Assembly (NCBI GenBank): GCA_964016885.1
Contig: OZ024741.1
Coordinates: 72,168,001 to 72,232,000, forward strand
DNA length: 64,000 bases
Reading direction: 5' to 3'
Source: Eledone cirrhosa
Lineage: Eukaryota
In this document: positions 28,001 through 41,300 of the stretch, piece by piece
How positions within the stretch are numbered: position 1 is the first letter of the stretch
Layout of the letters: each line of letters opens with the position of its first letter
Notes under the pieces: model-generated
Seen by the model: the letters and a program-made list of their open reading frames with translations, nothing else
Told to the model about the DNA's origin: nothing
Databases searched by the model: none
Position numbers and translations under genes: made by a program

Positions 28001-29008
28001 CTGGGAGAGACAGTGTTTTTATGGTGGTGTTGTAGTGTCTTGATTGACTGGGAGAGGCAGTGTTTTTATGGTGGTGTTGTAGTTGCTTGATTGACTGGGA
28101 GAGACAGTGTTTTTATGGTGGTGTTGTAGTGTCTTGATTGACTGGGAGAGACACTGTTTTTATGGTGGTGTTGTAGTTTCTTGATTGACTGGGAGAGACA
28201 CTGTTTTTATGGTGGTGTTGTAGTTTCTTGATTGACTGGGAGAGAGTGTTTTTATGGTGGTGTTGTAGTGTCTTGATTGACTGGGAGAGACACTGTTTTT
28301 ATGGTGGTGTTGTAGTTTCTTGATTGACTGGGAGAGACACTGTTTTTATGGTGGTGTTGTAGAGTCTTGATTGACTGGGAGAGAGTGTTTTTATGGTGGT
28401 GTTGTAGTGACTTGATTGACTGGGAGAGACAGTGTTTTTATGGTGGTGTTGTTGTGTCTTGATTGACTGGGAGAGACAGTGTTTTTATGGTGGTGTTGTT
28501 TTGTCTTGATTTACTGGTAGAGACAGTGTTTTTATTGTGGTGTTGTTGTGTCTTGATTGACTGGGAGAGGCAGTGTTTTTATGGCGGTGTTGTAATTTCT
28601 TGATTGACTGGGAGAGACAGTGTTTTTATGGTGGTGTTGTAGTGTCTTGATTGACTTGGAGAGGCAGTGTTTTTATGGTGGTGTTGTAGTTGCTTGATTG
28701 ACTGGGAGAGACAGTGTTTTTATGGTGGTGTTGTAGTGTCTTGATTGACAGGGAGAGACAGTGTTTTTATGGTGGTGTTGTAGTGACTCTATTGACTGGG
28801 AGAGACAGTGTTTTTATGGTGGTGTTGTAGTGTCTTGATTGACTGGAAGAGACAGTGTTTTTATGGTGGTGTTGTTGTGTCTTGATTGACTCGAAGAGAC
28901 AGTGTTTTTATGGTGGTGTTGTAGTGTCCTGATTTACTGGGAGAGGCAGTGTTTTTATGGCGGTGTTGTAGTTTCTTGATTGACTGGGAGAGACAGTGTT
29001 TTTATGGT
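17382..29008 (+). repeat. Higher-order tandem duplication, period 5790 bp
   Basis: TTAAGGTGG 19381/25171, CTGGGAGCGG 20151/25941, AATGGAATGG 21271/27061, CTGGCAGAGA 21931/27721, TTGACTTGGA 22861/28651. Confidence 0.95.
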
Positions 29009-32000
29009 AGTGTTGTAGTGTCTGGATTGACTGGGAGAGGCAGTGTTTTTATGGTGGTGTTGTAGTTGCTTGATTGACTGGGAGAGACAGTGTTTTTATG
29101 GTGATGTTGTAGTGTCTTGATTGACTGGGAGAGACACTGTTTTTATGGTGGTGTTGTAGTTTCTTGATTGACTGGGAGAGACAGTGTTTTTATGGTGGTG
29201 TTGTAGTTTCTTGATTGACTGGGAGAGAGTGTTTTTATGGTGCTGTTGTAGTGTCTTGACTGACTGGGAGAGACAGTGTTTTTATGGTGGTGTTGTAGTG
29301 ACTTGATTGACTGGGAGAGACTGTTTTTATGGTGGTGTTGTAGTGTCTTGATTGACTGGGAGAGACACTGTTTTTATGGTAGTGTTGTAGTTTCTTGATT
29401 GACTGGGAGAGAGTGTTTTTATGGTGGTGTTGTAGTGTCTTGATTGACTGGGAGAGACAGTGTTTTTATGGTGGTGTTGTAGTGTCTGGATTGACTGGGA
29501 GAGACACTGTTTTTATGGTGGTGTTGTAGTTTCTTGATTGACTGGGAGAGACAGTGTTTTTATGGTGGTGTTGTAGCTTCTTGATTGACTGGGAGAGTGT
29601 TTTTATGGTGGTGTTGTAGTGTCTTGATTGACTGGGAGAGACAGTGTTTTTATGGTGGTGTTGTTGTGTCTTGATTGACTGGTAGAGACAGTGTTTTTAT
29701 GGTGGTGTTGTAGTGTCTTGATTGACTCGAAGAGACAGTGTTTTTATGGTGGTGTTGTAGTTGTTTGATTGACTGGGAGAGACAATGTTTTTATGGTGCT
29801 GTTGTACTGTCTTGACTGACTGGGAGAGGCAGTGTTTTTATGGTGGTGTTGTAGTTGTTTGATTGACTGGGAGAGACAATGTTTTTATGGTGGTGTTGTA
29901 GTGTCTTGATTGACTGGGAGAGACACTGTTTTTATGGTGGTGTTGTAGTTTCTTGATTGACTGGGAGAGACAGTGTTTTTATGGTGGTGTTGTAGTTTCT
30001 TGATTGACTGGGAGAGACAGTGTTTTTATGGTGGTGTTGTAGTTTCTTGATTGACTGGGAGAGACAGTGTTTTTATGGTGGTGTTGTAGTTTCTTGATTG
30101 ACTGGGAGAGAGTTTTTTATGGTGGTGTTGTTGTGTTTTGATTGACTGGTAGAGGCAGTGTTTGTATGGTGGTGTTGTAGTGTCTTGATTGACTGGGAGA
30201 GGCAGTGTTTTTATGGTGGTGTTGTAGTGTCTTGATTGACTGGGAGAGACACTGTTTTTATGGTGGTGTTGTAGTTTCTTGATTGACTGGGAGAGACACT
30301 GTTTTTATGGTGGTGTTGTAGTTTCTTGATTGACTGGGAGAGAGTGTTTCTATGGTGGTGTTGTAGTGTCTTGATTGACTGGGAGAGACAGTGTTTTTAT
30401 GGTGGTGTTGTAGTGACTATATTGAATGGGAGAGTGTGTTTTTATGGTGGTTTTGTAGTGTCTTGATTGACTGGGAGACACAGTGTTTTTATGGTGGTGT
30501 TGTTGTGTCTTGATTGACTGGTAGAGACAGTGTTTTTATTGTGGTGTTGTAGTGTCTTGATTGACTCGAAGAGACAGTGTTTTTATGGTGGTGTTGTAGT
30601 GTCTTGATTTACTGGGAGCGGCAGTGTTTTTATGGCGGTGTTGTAGTTTCTTCATTGACTGGGAGAGACAGTGTTTTTATGGTGGTGTTGTAGACTCTTG
30701 ATTGACTGGGAGAGAGTGTTTTTATGGTGGTATTGTAGTGACTTGATTGACTGGGAGAGACAGTGTTTTTATGGTGGTGTTGAAGTGTCTTAATTGAATG
30801 GGAGAGTGTGTTTTTATGGTGGTTTTGTAGTGTCTTGATTGACTGGGAGAGAGTGTTTTTTTGGTGGTGTTGGAGTGTCTTGATTGACTCGGAGAGAGAG
30901 TTTTTGTAGGGTGGTGTTGTATTGACTTGATTGACTGGGAGAGACAGTGTTTTTATGGTGGTGTTGTAGTGTCTTGATTGACTGGGAGAGACAGTGTTTT
31001 TATGGTGGTGTTGTAGTGTCCTGATTTACTGGGAGAGGCAGTGTTTTTATGGCGGTGTTGTAGTTTCTTGATTGACTGGGAGAGACAGTGTTTTTATGGT
31101 GGTGTTGTAGTGTCTTGATTGACTGGGAGAGGCAGTGTTTTTATGGTGGTGTTGTAGTTGCTTGATTGACTGGGAGAGACAGTGTTTTTATGGTGGTGTT
31201 GTTGTGTCTTGATTTACTGGGAGAGGCAGTGTTTTTATGGCGGTGTTGTAGTGTCTTGATTGACTGGGAGAGACAGTGTTTTTATGGTGGTGCTGTAGTG
31301 TCTCGATTGACTGGGAGAGGCAGTGTTTTTATGGTGGTGTTGTAGTTGCTTGATTGACTGGGAGAGACAGTGTTTTTATGGTGGTGTTGTAGTTTCTTAA
31401 TTGACTGGGAGAGACAGTGTTTTTATGGTGGTGTTGTAGTTTCTTGATTGACTGGGAGAGACAGTGTTTTTATGGTGGTGTTGTAGCTGCTTGATTGACT
31501 GGGAGAGACAGTGTTTTTATGGTGGTGTTGTAGTGTCTTGATTGACTGGGAGAGACACTGTTTTTATGGTGGTGTTGTAGTTTCTTGATTGACTGGGAGA
31601 GACAGTGTTTTTATGGTGGTGTTGTAGTTTCTTGATTGACTGGGAGAGGCAGTGTTTTTATGGTGGTGTTGTAGTTGCTTGATTGACTGGGAGAGACAGT
31701 GTTTTTATGGTGGTGTTGTAGTGTCTTGATTGACTGGTAGAGACAGTGTTTTTATTGTGGTGTTGTAGTGTCTTGATTGACTCGAAGAGACAGTGTTTTT
31801 ATGGTGGTGTTGTAGTGTCTTGATTTACTGGGAGAGGCAGTATTTTTATGGCGATGTTGTAGCTTCTTGATTGACTGGGAGAGGCAGTGTTTTTATGTTG
31901 GTGTTGTAGACTCTTGATTGACTGGGAGAGAGTGTCTTTATGGTGGTATTGTAGTGACTTGATTGACTGGGAGAGACAGTGTTTTTATGGTGGTGTTGTA

Positions 32001-35000
32001 GTGTCTTAATTGAATGGGAGAGTGTGTTTTTATGGTGGTTTTGTAGTGTCTTGATTGACTGGGAGAGACAGTGTTTTTATGGTGGTGTTGTTGTGTCTTG
32101 ATTGACTGGGAGAGACAGTGTTTTTATGGTGGTGTTGTTTTGTCTTGATTTACTGGTAGAGACAGTGTTTTTATTGTGGTGTTGTTGTGTCTTGATTGAC
32201 TGGGAGAGGCAGTGTTTTTATGGCGGTGTTGTAATTTCTTGATTGACTGGGAGAGACAGTGTTTTTATGGTGGTGTTGTAGTGTCTTGATTGACTTGGAG
32301 AGGCAGTGTTTTTATGGTGGTGTTGTAGTTGCTTGATTGACTGGGAGAGACAGTGTTTTTATGGTGGTGTTGTAGTGTCTTGATTGACAGGGAGAGACAG
32401 TGTTTTTATGGTGGTGTTGTAGTGACTCTATTGACTGGGAGAGACAGTGTTTTTATGGTGGTGTTGTAGTGTCTTGATTGACTGGAAGAGACAGTGTTTT
32501 TATGGTGGTGTTGTTGTGTCTTGATTGACTCGAAGAGACAGTGTTTTTATGGTGGTGTTGTAGTGTCCTGATTTACTGGGAGAGGCAGTGTTTTTATGGC
32601 GGTGTTGTAGTTTCTTGATTGACTGGGAGAGACAGTGTTTTTATGGTAGTGTTGTAGTGTCTGGATTGACTGGGAGAGGCAGTGTTTTTATGGTGGTGTT
32701 GTAGTTGCTTGATTGACTGGGAGAGACAGTGTTTTTATGGTGATGTTGTAGTGTCTTGATTGACTGGGAGAGACACTGTTTTTATGGTGGTGTTGTAGTT
32801 TCTTGATTGACTGGGAGAGACAGTGTTTTTATGGTGGTGTTGTAGTTTCTTGATTGACTGGGAGAGAGTGTTTTTATGGTGCTGTTGTAGTGTCTTGACT
32901 GACTGGGAGAGACAGTGTTTTTATGGTGGTGTTGTAGTGACTTGATTGACTGGGAGAGACTGTTTTTATGGTGGTGTTGTAGTGTCTTGATTGACTGGGA
33001 GAGACACTGTTTTTATGGTAGTGTTGTAGTTTCTTGATTGACTGGGAGAGAGTGTTTTTATGGTGGTGTTGTAGTGTCTTGATTGACTGGGAGAGACAGT
33101 GTTTTTATGGTGGTGTTGTAGTGTCTGGATTGACTGGGAGAGACACTGTTTTTATGGTGGTGTTGTAGTTTCTTGATTGACTGGGAGAGACAGTGTTTTT
33201 ATGGTGGTGTTGTAGCTTCTTGATTGACTGGGAGAGTGTTTTTATGGTGGTGTTGTAGTGTCTTGATTGACTGGGAGAGACAGTGTTTTTATGGTGGTGT
33301 TGTTGTGTCTTGATTGACTGGTAGAGACAGTGTTTTTATGGTGGTGTTGTAGTGTCTTGATTGACTCGAAGAGACAGTGTTTTTATGGTGGTGTTGTAGT
33401 TGTTTGATTGACTGGGAGAGACAATGTTTTTATGGTGCTGTTGTACTGTCTTGACTGACTGGGAGAGGCAGTGTTTTTATGGTGGTGTTGTAGTTGTTTG
33501 ATTGACTGGGAGAGACAATGTTTTTATGGTGGTGTTGTAGTGTCTTGATTGACTGGGAGAGACACTGTTTTTATGGTGGTGTTGTAGTTTCTTGATTGAC
33601 TGGGAGAGACAGTGTTTTTATGGTGGTGTTGTAGTTTCTTGATTGACTGGGAGAGACAGTGTTTTTATGGTGGTGTTGTAGTTTCTTGATTGACTGGGAG
33701 AGACAGTGTTTTTATGGTGGTGTTGTAGTTTCTTGATTGACTGGGAGAGAGTTTTTTATGGTGGTGTTGTTGTGTTTTGATTGACTGGTAGAGGCAGTGT
33801 TTGTATGGTGGTGTTGTAGTGTCTTGATTGACTGGGAGAGGCAGTGTTTTTATGGTGGTGTTGTAGTGTCTTGATTGACTGGGAGAGACACTGTTTTTAT
33901 GGTGGTGTTGTAGTTTCTTGATTGACTGGGAGAGACACTGTTTTTATGGTGGTGTTGTAGTTTCTTGATTGACTGGGAGAGAGTGTTTCTATGGTGGTGT
34001 TGTAGTGTCTTGATTGACTGGGAGAGACAGTGTTTTTATGGTGGTGTTGTAGTGACTATATTGAATGGGAGAGTGTGTTTTTATGGTGGTTTTGTAGTGT
34101 CTTGATTGACTGGGAGACACAGTGTTTTTATGGTGGTGTTGTTGTGTCTTGATTGACTGGTAGAGACAGTGTTTTTATTGTGGTGTTGTAGTGTCTTGAT
34201 TGACTCGAAGAGACAGTGTTTTTATGGTGGTGTTGTAGTGTCTTGATTTACTGGGAGCGGCAGTGTTTTTATGGCGGTGTTGTAGTTTCTTCATTGACTG
34301 GGAGAGACAGTGTTTTTATGGTGGTGTTGTAGACTCTTGATTGACTGGGAGAGAGTGTTTTTATGGTGGTATTGTAGTGACTTGATTGACTGGGAGAGAC
34401 AGTGTTTTTATGGTGGTGTTGAAGTGTCTTAATTGAATGGGAGAGTGTGTTTTTATGGTGGTTTTGTAGTGTCTTGATTGACTGGGAGAGAGTGTTTTTT
34501 TGGTGGTGTTGGAGTGTCTTGATTGACTCGGAGAGAGAGTTTTTGTAGGGTGGTGTTGTATTGACTTGATTGACTGGGAGAGACAGTGTTTTTATGGTGG
34601 TGTTGTAGTGTCTTGATTGACTGGGAGAGACAGTGTTTTTATGGTGGTGTTGTAGTGTCCTGATTTACTGGGAGAGGCAGTGTTTTTATGGCGGTGTTGT
34701 AGTTTCTTGATTGACTGGGAGAGACAGTGTTTTTATGGTGGTGTTGTAGTGTCTTGATTGACTGGGAGAGGCAGTGTTTTTATGGTGGTGTTGTAGTTGC
34801 TTGATTGACTGGGAGAGACAGTGTTTTTATGGTGGTGTTGTTGTGTCTTGATTTACTGGGAGAGGCAGTGTTTTTATGGCGGTGTTGTAGTGTCTTGATT
34901 GACTGGGAGAGACAGTGTTTTTATGGTGGTGCTGTAGTGTCTCGATTGACTGGGAGAGGCAGTGTTTTTATGGTGGTGTTGTAGTTGCTTGATTGACTGG

Positions 35001-35748
35001 GAGAGACAGTGTTTTTATGGTGGTGTTGTAGTTTCTTAATTGACTGGGAGAGACAGTGTTTTTATGGTGGTGTTGTAGTTTCTTGATTGACTGGGAGAGA
35101 CAGTGTTTTTATGGTGGTGTTGTAGCTGCTTGATTGACTGGGAGAGACAGTGTTTTTATGGTGGTGTTGTAGTGTCTTGATTGACTGGGAGAGACACTGT
35201 TTTTATGGTGGTGTTGTAGTTTCTTGATTGACTGGGAGAGACAGTGTTTTTATGGTGGTGTTGTAGTTTCTTGATTGACTGGGAGAGGCAGTGTTTTTAT
35301 GGTGGTGTTGTAGTTGCTTGATTGACTGGGAGAGACAGTGTTTTTATGGTGGTGTTGTAGTGTCTTGATTGACTGGTAGAGACAGTGTTTTTATTGTGGT
35401 GTTGTAGTGTCTTGATTGACTCGAAGAGACAGTGTTTTTATGGTGGTGTTGTAGTGTCTTGATTTACTGGGAGAGGCAGTATTTTTATGGCGATGTTGTA
35501 GCTTCTTGATTGACTGGGAGAGGCAGTGTTTTTATGTTGGTGTTGTAGACTCTTGATTGACTGGGAGAGAGTGTCTTTATGGTGGTATTGTAGTGACTTG
35601 ATTGACTGGGAGAGACAGTGTTTTTATGGTGGTGTTGTAGTGTCTTAATTGAATGGGAGAGTGTGTTTTTATGGTGGTTTTGTAGTGTCTTGATTGACTG
35701 GGAGAGACAGTGTTTTTATGGTGGTGTTGTTGTGTCTTGATTGACTGG
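28411..35748 (+). repeat. Higher-order tandem duplication, period 3639 bp
   Basis: TTGACTTGGA 28651/32290, TCTGGATTGA 29021/32660, TGAAGTGTC 30781/34420, TTTTTGTAGG 30901/34540. Confidence 0.95.
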
Positions 35749-35959
35749 TAGAGACAGTGTTTTTATTGTGGTGTTGTAGTGTCTTGATTGACTCGAAGAG
35801 ACAGTGTTTTTATGGTGGTGTTGTAGTGTCTTGATTTACTGGGAGAGGCAGTATTTTTATGGCGGTGTTGTAGCTTCTTGATTGACTGGGAGAGGCAGTG
35901 TTTTTATGTTGGTGTTGTAGACTCTTGATTGACTGGGAGAGAGTGTCTTTATGGTGGTG

Positions 35960-38390
35960 TTGTAGTGTCTTAATTGAATGGGACAGTGTGTTTTTATGGT
36001 GGTTTTGTAGTGTCTTGATTGACTGGGAGAGAGTGTTTTTATGGTGGTGTTGGAGTGTCTTGATTGACTCGGAGAGAGAGTTTTTGTATGGTGGTGTTGT
36101 ATTGACTTGATTGACTGGGAGAGACAGTGTTTTTATGGTGGTGTTGCAGTGTCTTGATTGACTGGGAGAGACAGTGTTTTTATGGTGGTGTTGTTGTGTC
36201 TTGATTGACTCGAAGAGACAGTGTTTTTATGGTGGTGTTGTAGTGTCCTGATTTACTGGGAGAGGCAGTGTTTTTATGGTGGTGTTGTAGTTGTTTGATT
36301 GACTGGGAGAGACAATGTTTTTATGGTGGTGTTGTAGTGTCTTGATTGACTGGGAGAGACACTGTTTTTATGGTGGTGTTGTAGTTTCTTGATTGACTGG
36401 GAGAGACAGTGTTTTTATGGTGGTGTTGTAGTTGCTTGATTGACTGGGAGAGACAGTGTTTTTATGGTGGTGTTGTAGTTTCTTGATTGACTGGGAGAGA
36501 CAGTGTTTTTATGGTGGTGTTGTAGTTTCTTGATTGACTGGGAGAGACAGTGTTTTTATGGTAGTGTTGTAGTTTCTTGATTGACTGGGAGAGACAGTGT
36601 TTTTATGGTGGTGTTGTAGTTTCTTGATTGACTGGGAGAGATTGTTTTTATGGTGGTGTTGTAGTGTCTTGATTGACTGGGAGAGACAGTGTTTTTATGG
36701 TGGTGTTGTAGTGACTTGATTGACTGGGAGAGACAGTGTTTTTATGGTGGTGTTGTTGTGTCTTGATTGACTGGGAGAGACAGTGTTTTTATGGTGGTGT
36801 TGTTTTGTCTTGATTTACTGGTAGAGACAGTGTTTTTATTGTGGTGTTGTTGTGTCTTGATTGACTGGGAGAGGCAGTGTTTTTATGGCGGTGTTGTAAT
36901 TTCTTGATTGACTGGGAGAGACAGTGTTTTTATGGTGGTGTTGTAGTGTCTTGATTGACTGGGAGAGGCAGTGTTTTTATGGTGGTGTTGTAGTTGCTTG
37001 ATTGACTGGGAGAGACAGTGTTTTTATGGTGGTGTTGTAGTGTCTTGATTGACTGGGAGAGACACTGTTTTTATGGTGGTGTTGTAGTGTCTTGATTGAC
37101 TGGGAGAGACACTGTTTTTATGGTGGTGTTGTAGTTTCTTGATTGACTGGGAGAGAGTGTTTTTATGGTGGTGTTGTAGTGTCTTGATTGACTGGGAGAG
37201 ACACTGTTTTTATGGTGGTGTTGTAGTTTCTTGATTGACTGGGAGAGACACTGTTTTTATGGTGGTGTTGTAGAGTCTTGATTGACTGGGAGAGAGTGTT
37301 TTTATGGTGGTGTTGTAGTGACTTGATTGACTGGGAGAGACAGTGTTTTTATGGTGGTGTTGTTGTGTCTTGATTGACTGGGAGAGACAGTGTTTTTATG
37401 GTGGTGTTGTTTTGTCTTGATTTACTGGTAGAGACAGTGTTTTTATTGTGGTGTTGTTGTGTCTTGATTGACTGGGAGAGGCAGTGTTTTTATGGCGGTG
37501 TTGTAATTTCTTGAATGACTGGGAGAGACAGTGTTTTTATGGTGGTGTTGTAGTGTCTTGATTGACTTGGAGAGGCAGTGTTTTTATGGTGGTGTTGTAG
37601 TTGCTTGATTGACTGGGAGAGACAGTGTTTTTATGGTGGTGTTGTAGTGTCTTGATTGACTGGGAGAGACAGTGTTTTTATGGTGGTGTTGTAGTGACTC
37701 TATTGACTGGGAGAGACAGTGTTTTTATGGTGGTGTTGTAGTGTCTTGATTGACTGGGAGAGACAGTGTTTTTATGGTGGTGTTGTTGTGTCTTGATTGA
37801 CTCGAAGAGACAGTGTTTTTATGGTGGTGTTGTAGTGTCCTGATTTACTGGGAGAGGCAGTGTTTTTATGGCGGTGTTGTAGTTTCTTGATTGACTGGGA
37901 GAGACAGTGTTTTTATGGTAGTGTTGTAGTGTCTGGATTGACTGGGAGAGGCAGTGTTTTTATGGTGGTGTTGTAGTTGCTTGATTGACTGGGAGAGACA
38001 GTGTTTTTATGGTGATGTTGTAGTGTCTTGATTGACTGGGAGAGACACTGTTTTTATGGTGGTGTTGTAGTTTCTTGATTGACTGGGAGAGACAGTGTTT
38101 TTATGGTGGTGTTGTAGTTTCTTGATTGACTGGGAGAGAGTGTTTTTATGGTGCTGTTGTAGTGTCTTGATTGACTGGGAGAGACAGTGTTTTTATGGTG
38201 GTGTTGTAGTGACTTGATTGACTGGGAGAGACTGTTTTTATGGTGGTGTTGTAGTGTCTTGATTGACTGGGAGAGACACTGTTTTTATGGTAGTGTTGTA
38301 GTTTCTTGATTGACTGGGAGAGAGTGTTTTTATGGTGGTGTTGTAGTGTCTTGATTGACTGGGAGAGACAGTGTTTTTATGGTGGTGTTG
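35960..38390 (+). repeat. Non-adjacent diverged copy of array segment ~27050-29480 (offset 8911 bp)
   Basis: GGACAGTGTG 27070/35981, GTGTTGCAGT 27230/36141, ATTGACTTGG 28650/37561, GTCTGGATT 29020/37931; several SNP differences between copies. Confidence 0.9.
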
Positions 38391-41300
38391 TAGTGTCCTG
38401 ATTGACTGGGAGAGGCAGTGTTTTTATGGTGGTGTTGTAGTTGCTTGACTGACTGGGAGAGAGTGTTTTTATGGTGGTGTTGTAGTGTCTTGATTGACTG
38501 GGAGAGACACTGTTTTTATGGTGGTGTTGTAGTTTCTTGATTGACTGGGAGAGACAGTGTTTTTATGGTGGTGTTGTAGCTTCTTGATTGACTGGGAGAG
38601 TGTTTTTATGGTGGTGTTGTAGTGTCTTGATTGACTGGGAGAGACAGTGTTTTTATGGTGGTGTTGTTGTGTCTTGATTGACTGGTAGAGACAGTGTTTT
38701 TATGGTGGTGTTGTAGTGTCTTGATTGACTCGAAGAGACAGTGTTTTTATGGTGGTGTTGTAGTTGTTTGATTGACTGGGAGAGACAATGTTTTTATGGT
38801 GCTGTTGTACTGTCTTGACTGACTGGGAGAGGCAGTGTTTTTATGGTGGTGTTGTAGTTGTTTGATTGACTGGGAGAGACAATGTTTTTATGGTGGTGTT
38901 GTAGTGTCTTGATTGACTGGGAGAGACACTGTTTTTATGGTGGTGTTGTAGTTTCTTGATTGACTGGGAGAGACAGTGTTTTTATGGTGGTGTTGTAGTT
39001 TCTTGATTGACTGGGAGAGACAGTGTTTTTATGGTGGTGTTGTAGTTTCTTGATTGACTGGGAGAGACAGTGTTTTTATGGTAGTGTTGTAGTTTCTTGA
39101 TTGACTGGGAGAGACAGTGTTTTTATGGTGGTGTTGTAGTTTCTTGATTGACTGGGAGAGATTGTTTTTATGGTGGTGTTGTAGTGTCTTGATTGACTGG
39201 GAGAGACAGTGTTTTTATGGTGGTGTTGTAGTGACTTGATTGACTGGGAGAGACAGTGTTTTTATGGTGGTGTTGTTGTGTCTTGATTGACTGGGAGAGA
39301 TAGTGTTTTTATGGTGGTTTTGTTTTGTCTTGATTTACTGGTAGAGACAGTGTTTTTATTGTGGTGTTGTTGTGTCTTGATTGACTGGGAGAGGCAGTGT
39401 TTTTATGGCGGTGTTGTAATTTCTTGATTGACTGGGAGACACAGTGTTTTTATGGTGGTGTTGTAGTGTCTTGATTGACTGGGAGAGGCAGTGTTTTTAT
39501 GGTGGTGTTGTAGTTGCTTGATTGACTGGGAGAGACAGTTTTTTTTATTGTGGTGTTGTAGTGTCTTGATTGACTCGAAGAGACAGTGTTTTTATGGTGG
39601 TGTTGTAGTGTCCTGATTTACTGGGAGAGGCAGTGTTTTTATGGCGGTGTTGTAGTTTCTTGATTGACTGGGAGAGACAGTGTTTTTATGGTAGTGTTGT
39701 AGTGTCTGGATTGACTGGGAGAGGCAGTGTTTTTATGGTGGTGTTGTAGTTGCTTGATTGACTGGGAGAGACAGTGTTTTTATGGTGATGTTGTAGTGTC
39801 TTGATTGACTGGGAGAGACACTGTTTTTATGGTGGTGTTGTAGTTTCTTGATTGACTGGGAGAGACAGTGTTTTTATGGTGGTGTTGTAGTTTCTTGATT
39901 GACTGGGAGAGAGTGTTTTTATGGTGGTGTTGTAGTGTCTTGATTGACTGGGAGAGACAGTGTTTTTATGGTGGTGTTGTAGTGACTTGATTGACTGGGA
40001 GAGACAGTGTTTTTATGGTGGTGTTGTAGTGTCTTGATTGACTGGGAGAGACACTGTTTTTATGGTGGTGTTGTAGTTTCTTGATTGACTGGGAGAGGCA
40101 GTGTTTTTATGGTGGTGTTGTAGTTGCTTGACTGACTGGGAGAGACAGTGTTTTTATGGTGGTGTTGTAGTGTCTTGATTGACTGGGAGAGACACTGTTT
40201 TTATGGTGGTGTTGTAGTTTCTTGATTGACTGGGAGAGAGAGTGTTTTTATGGTGGTGTTGTAGCTTCTTGATTGACTGGGAGAGTGTTTTTATGGTGGT
40301 GTTGTAGTGTCTTGATTGACTGGGAGAGACAGTGTTTTTATGGTGGTGTTGTAGTGACTTGATTGACTGGGAGAGACAGTGTTTTTATGGTGGTGTTGTT
40401 GTGTCTTGATTGACTGGTAGAGACAGTGTTTTTATGGTGGTGTTGTAGTGTCTTGATTGACTCGAAGAGACAGTGTTTTTATGGTGGTGTTGTAGTGTCT
40501 TGATTTACTGGGAGAGGCAGTGTTTTTATGGTGATGTTGTTGTGTCTTGATTGACTGGTAGAGACAGTGTTTTTATGGTGGTGTTGTAGTGTCTTGATTG
40601 ACTCGAAGAGACAGTGTTTTTATGGTGGTGTTGTACTGTCTTGACTGACTGGGAGAGGCAGTGTTTTTATGGTGGTGTTGTAGTTGTTTGATTGACTGGG
40701 AGAGACAATGTTTTCATGGTGGTGTTGTAGTGTCTTGATTGACTGGGAGAGACACTGTTTTTATGGTGGTGTTGTAGTTTCTTGATTGACTGGGAGAGAC
40801 AGTGTTTTTATGGTGGTGTTGTAGTGACTTGATTGACTGGGAGAGACAGTGTTTTTATGGTGGTGTTGTTGTGTCTTGATTGACTGGGAGAGACAGTGTT
40901 TTTATGGTGGTGTTGTTTTGTCTTGATTTACTGGTAGAGACAGTGTTTTTATTGTGGTGTTGTTGTGTCTTGATTGACTGGGAGAGGCAGTGTTTTTATG
41001 GCGGTGTTGTAATTTCTTGATTGACTGGGAGAGACAGTGTTTTTATGGTGGTGTTGTAGTGTCTTGATTGACTGGGAGAGGCAGTGTTTTTATGGTGGTG
41101 TTGTAGTTGCTTGATTGACTGGGAGAGACAGTGTTTTTATGGTGGTGTTGTAGTGTCTTGATTGACTGGGAGAGACACTGTTTTTATGGTGGTGTTGTAG
41201 TTTCTTGATTGACTGGGAGAGACACTGTTTTTATGGTGGTGTTGTAGTTTCTTGATTGACTGGGAGAGAGTGTTTTTATGGTGGTGTTGTAGTGTCTTGA

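Noticed and set aside
1830-36110. Trp/Cys-rich 70-aa ORFs at 1830, 4626 and 35898
   Set aside because: They arise where several 45-bp monomers are adjacent. They start at GTG, have no splice or context support, and are duplicated only because the array blocks are.
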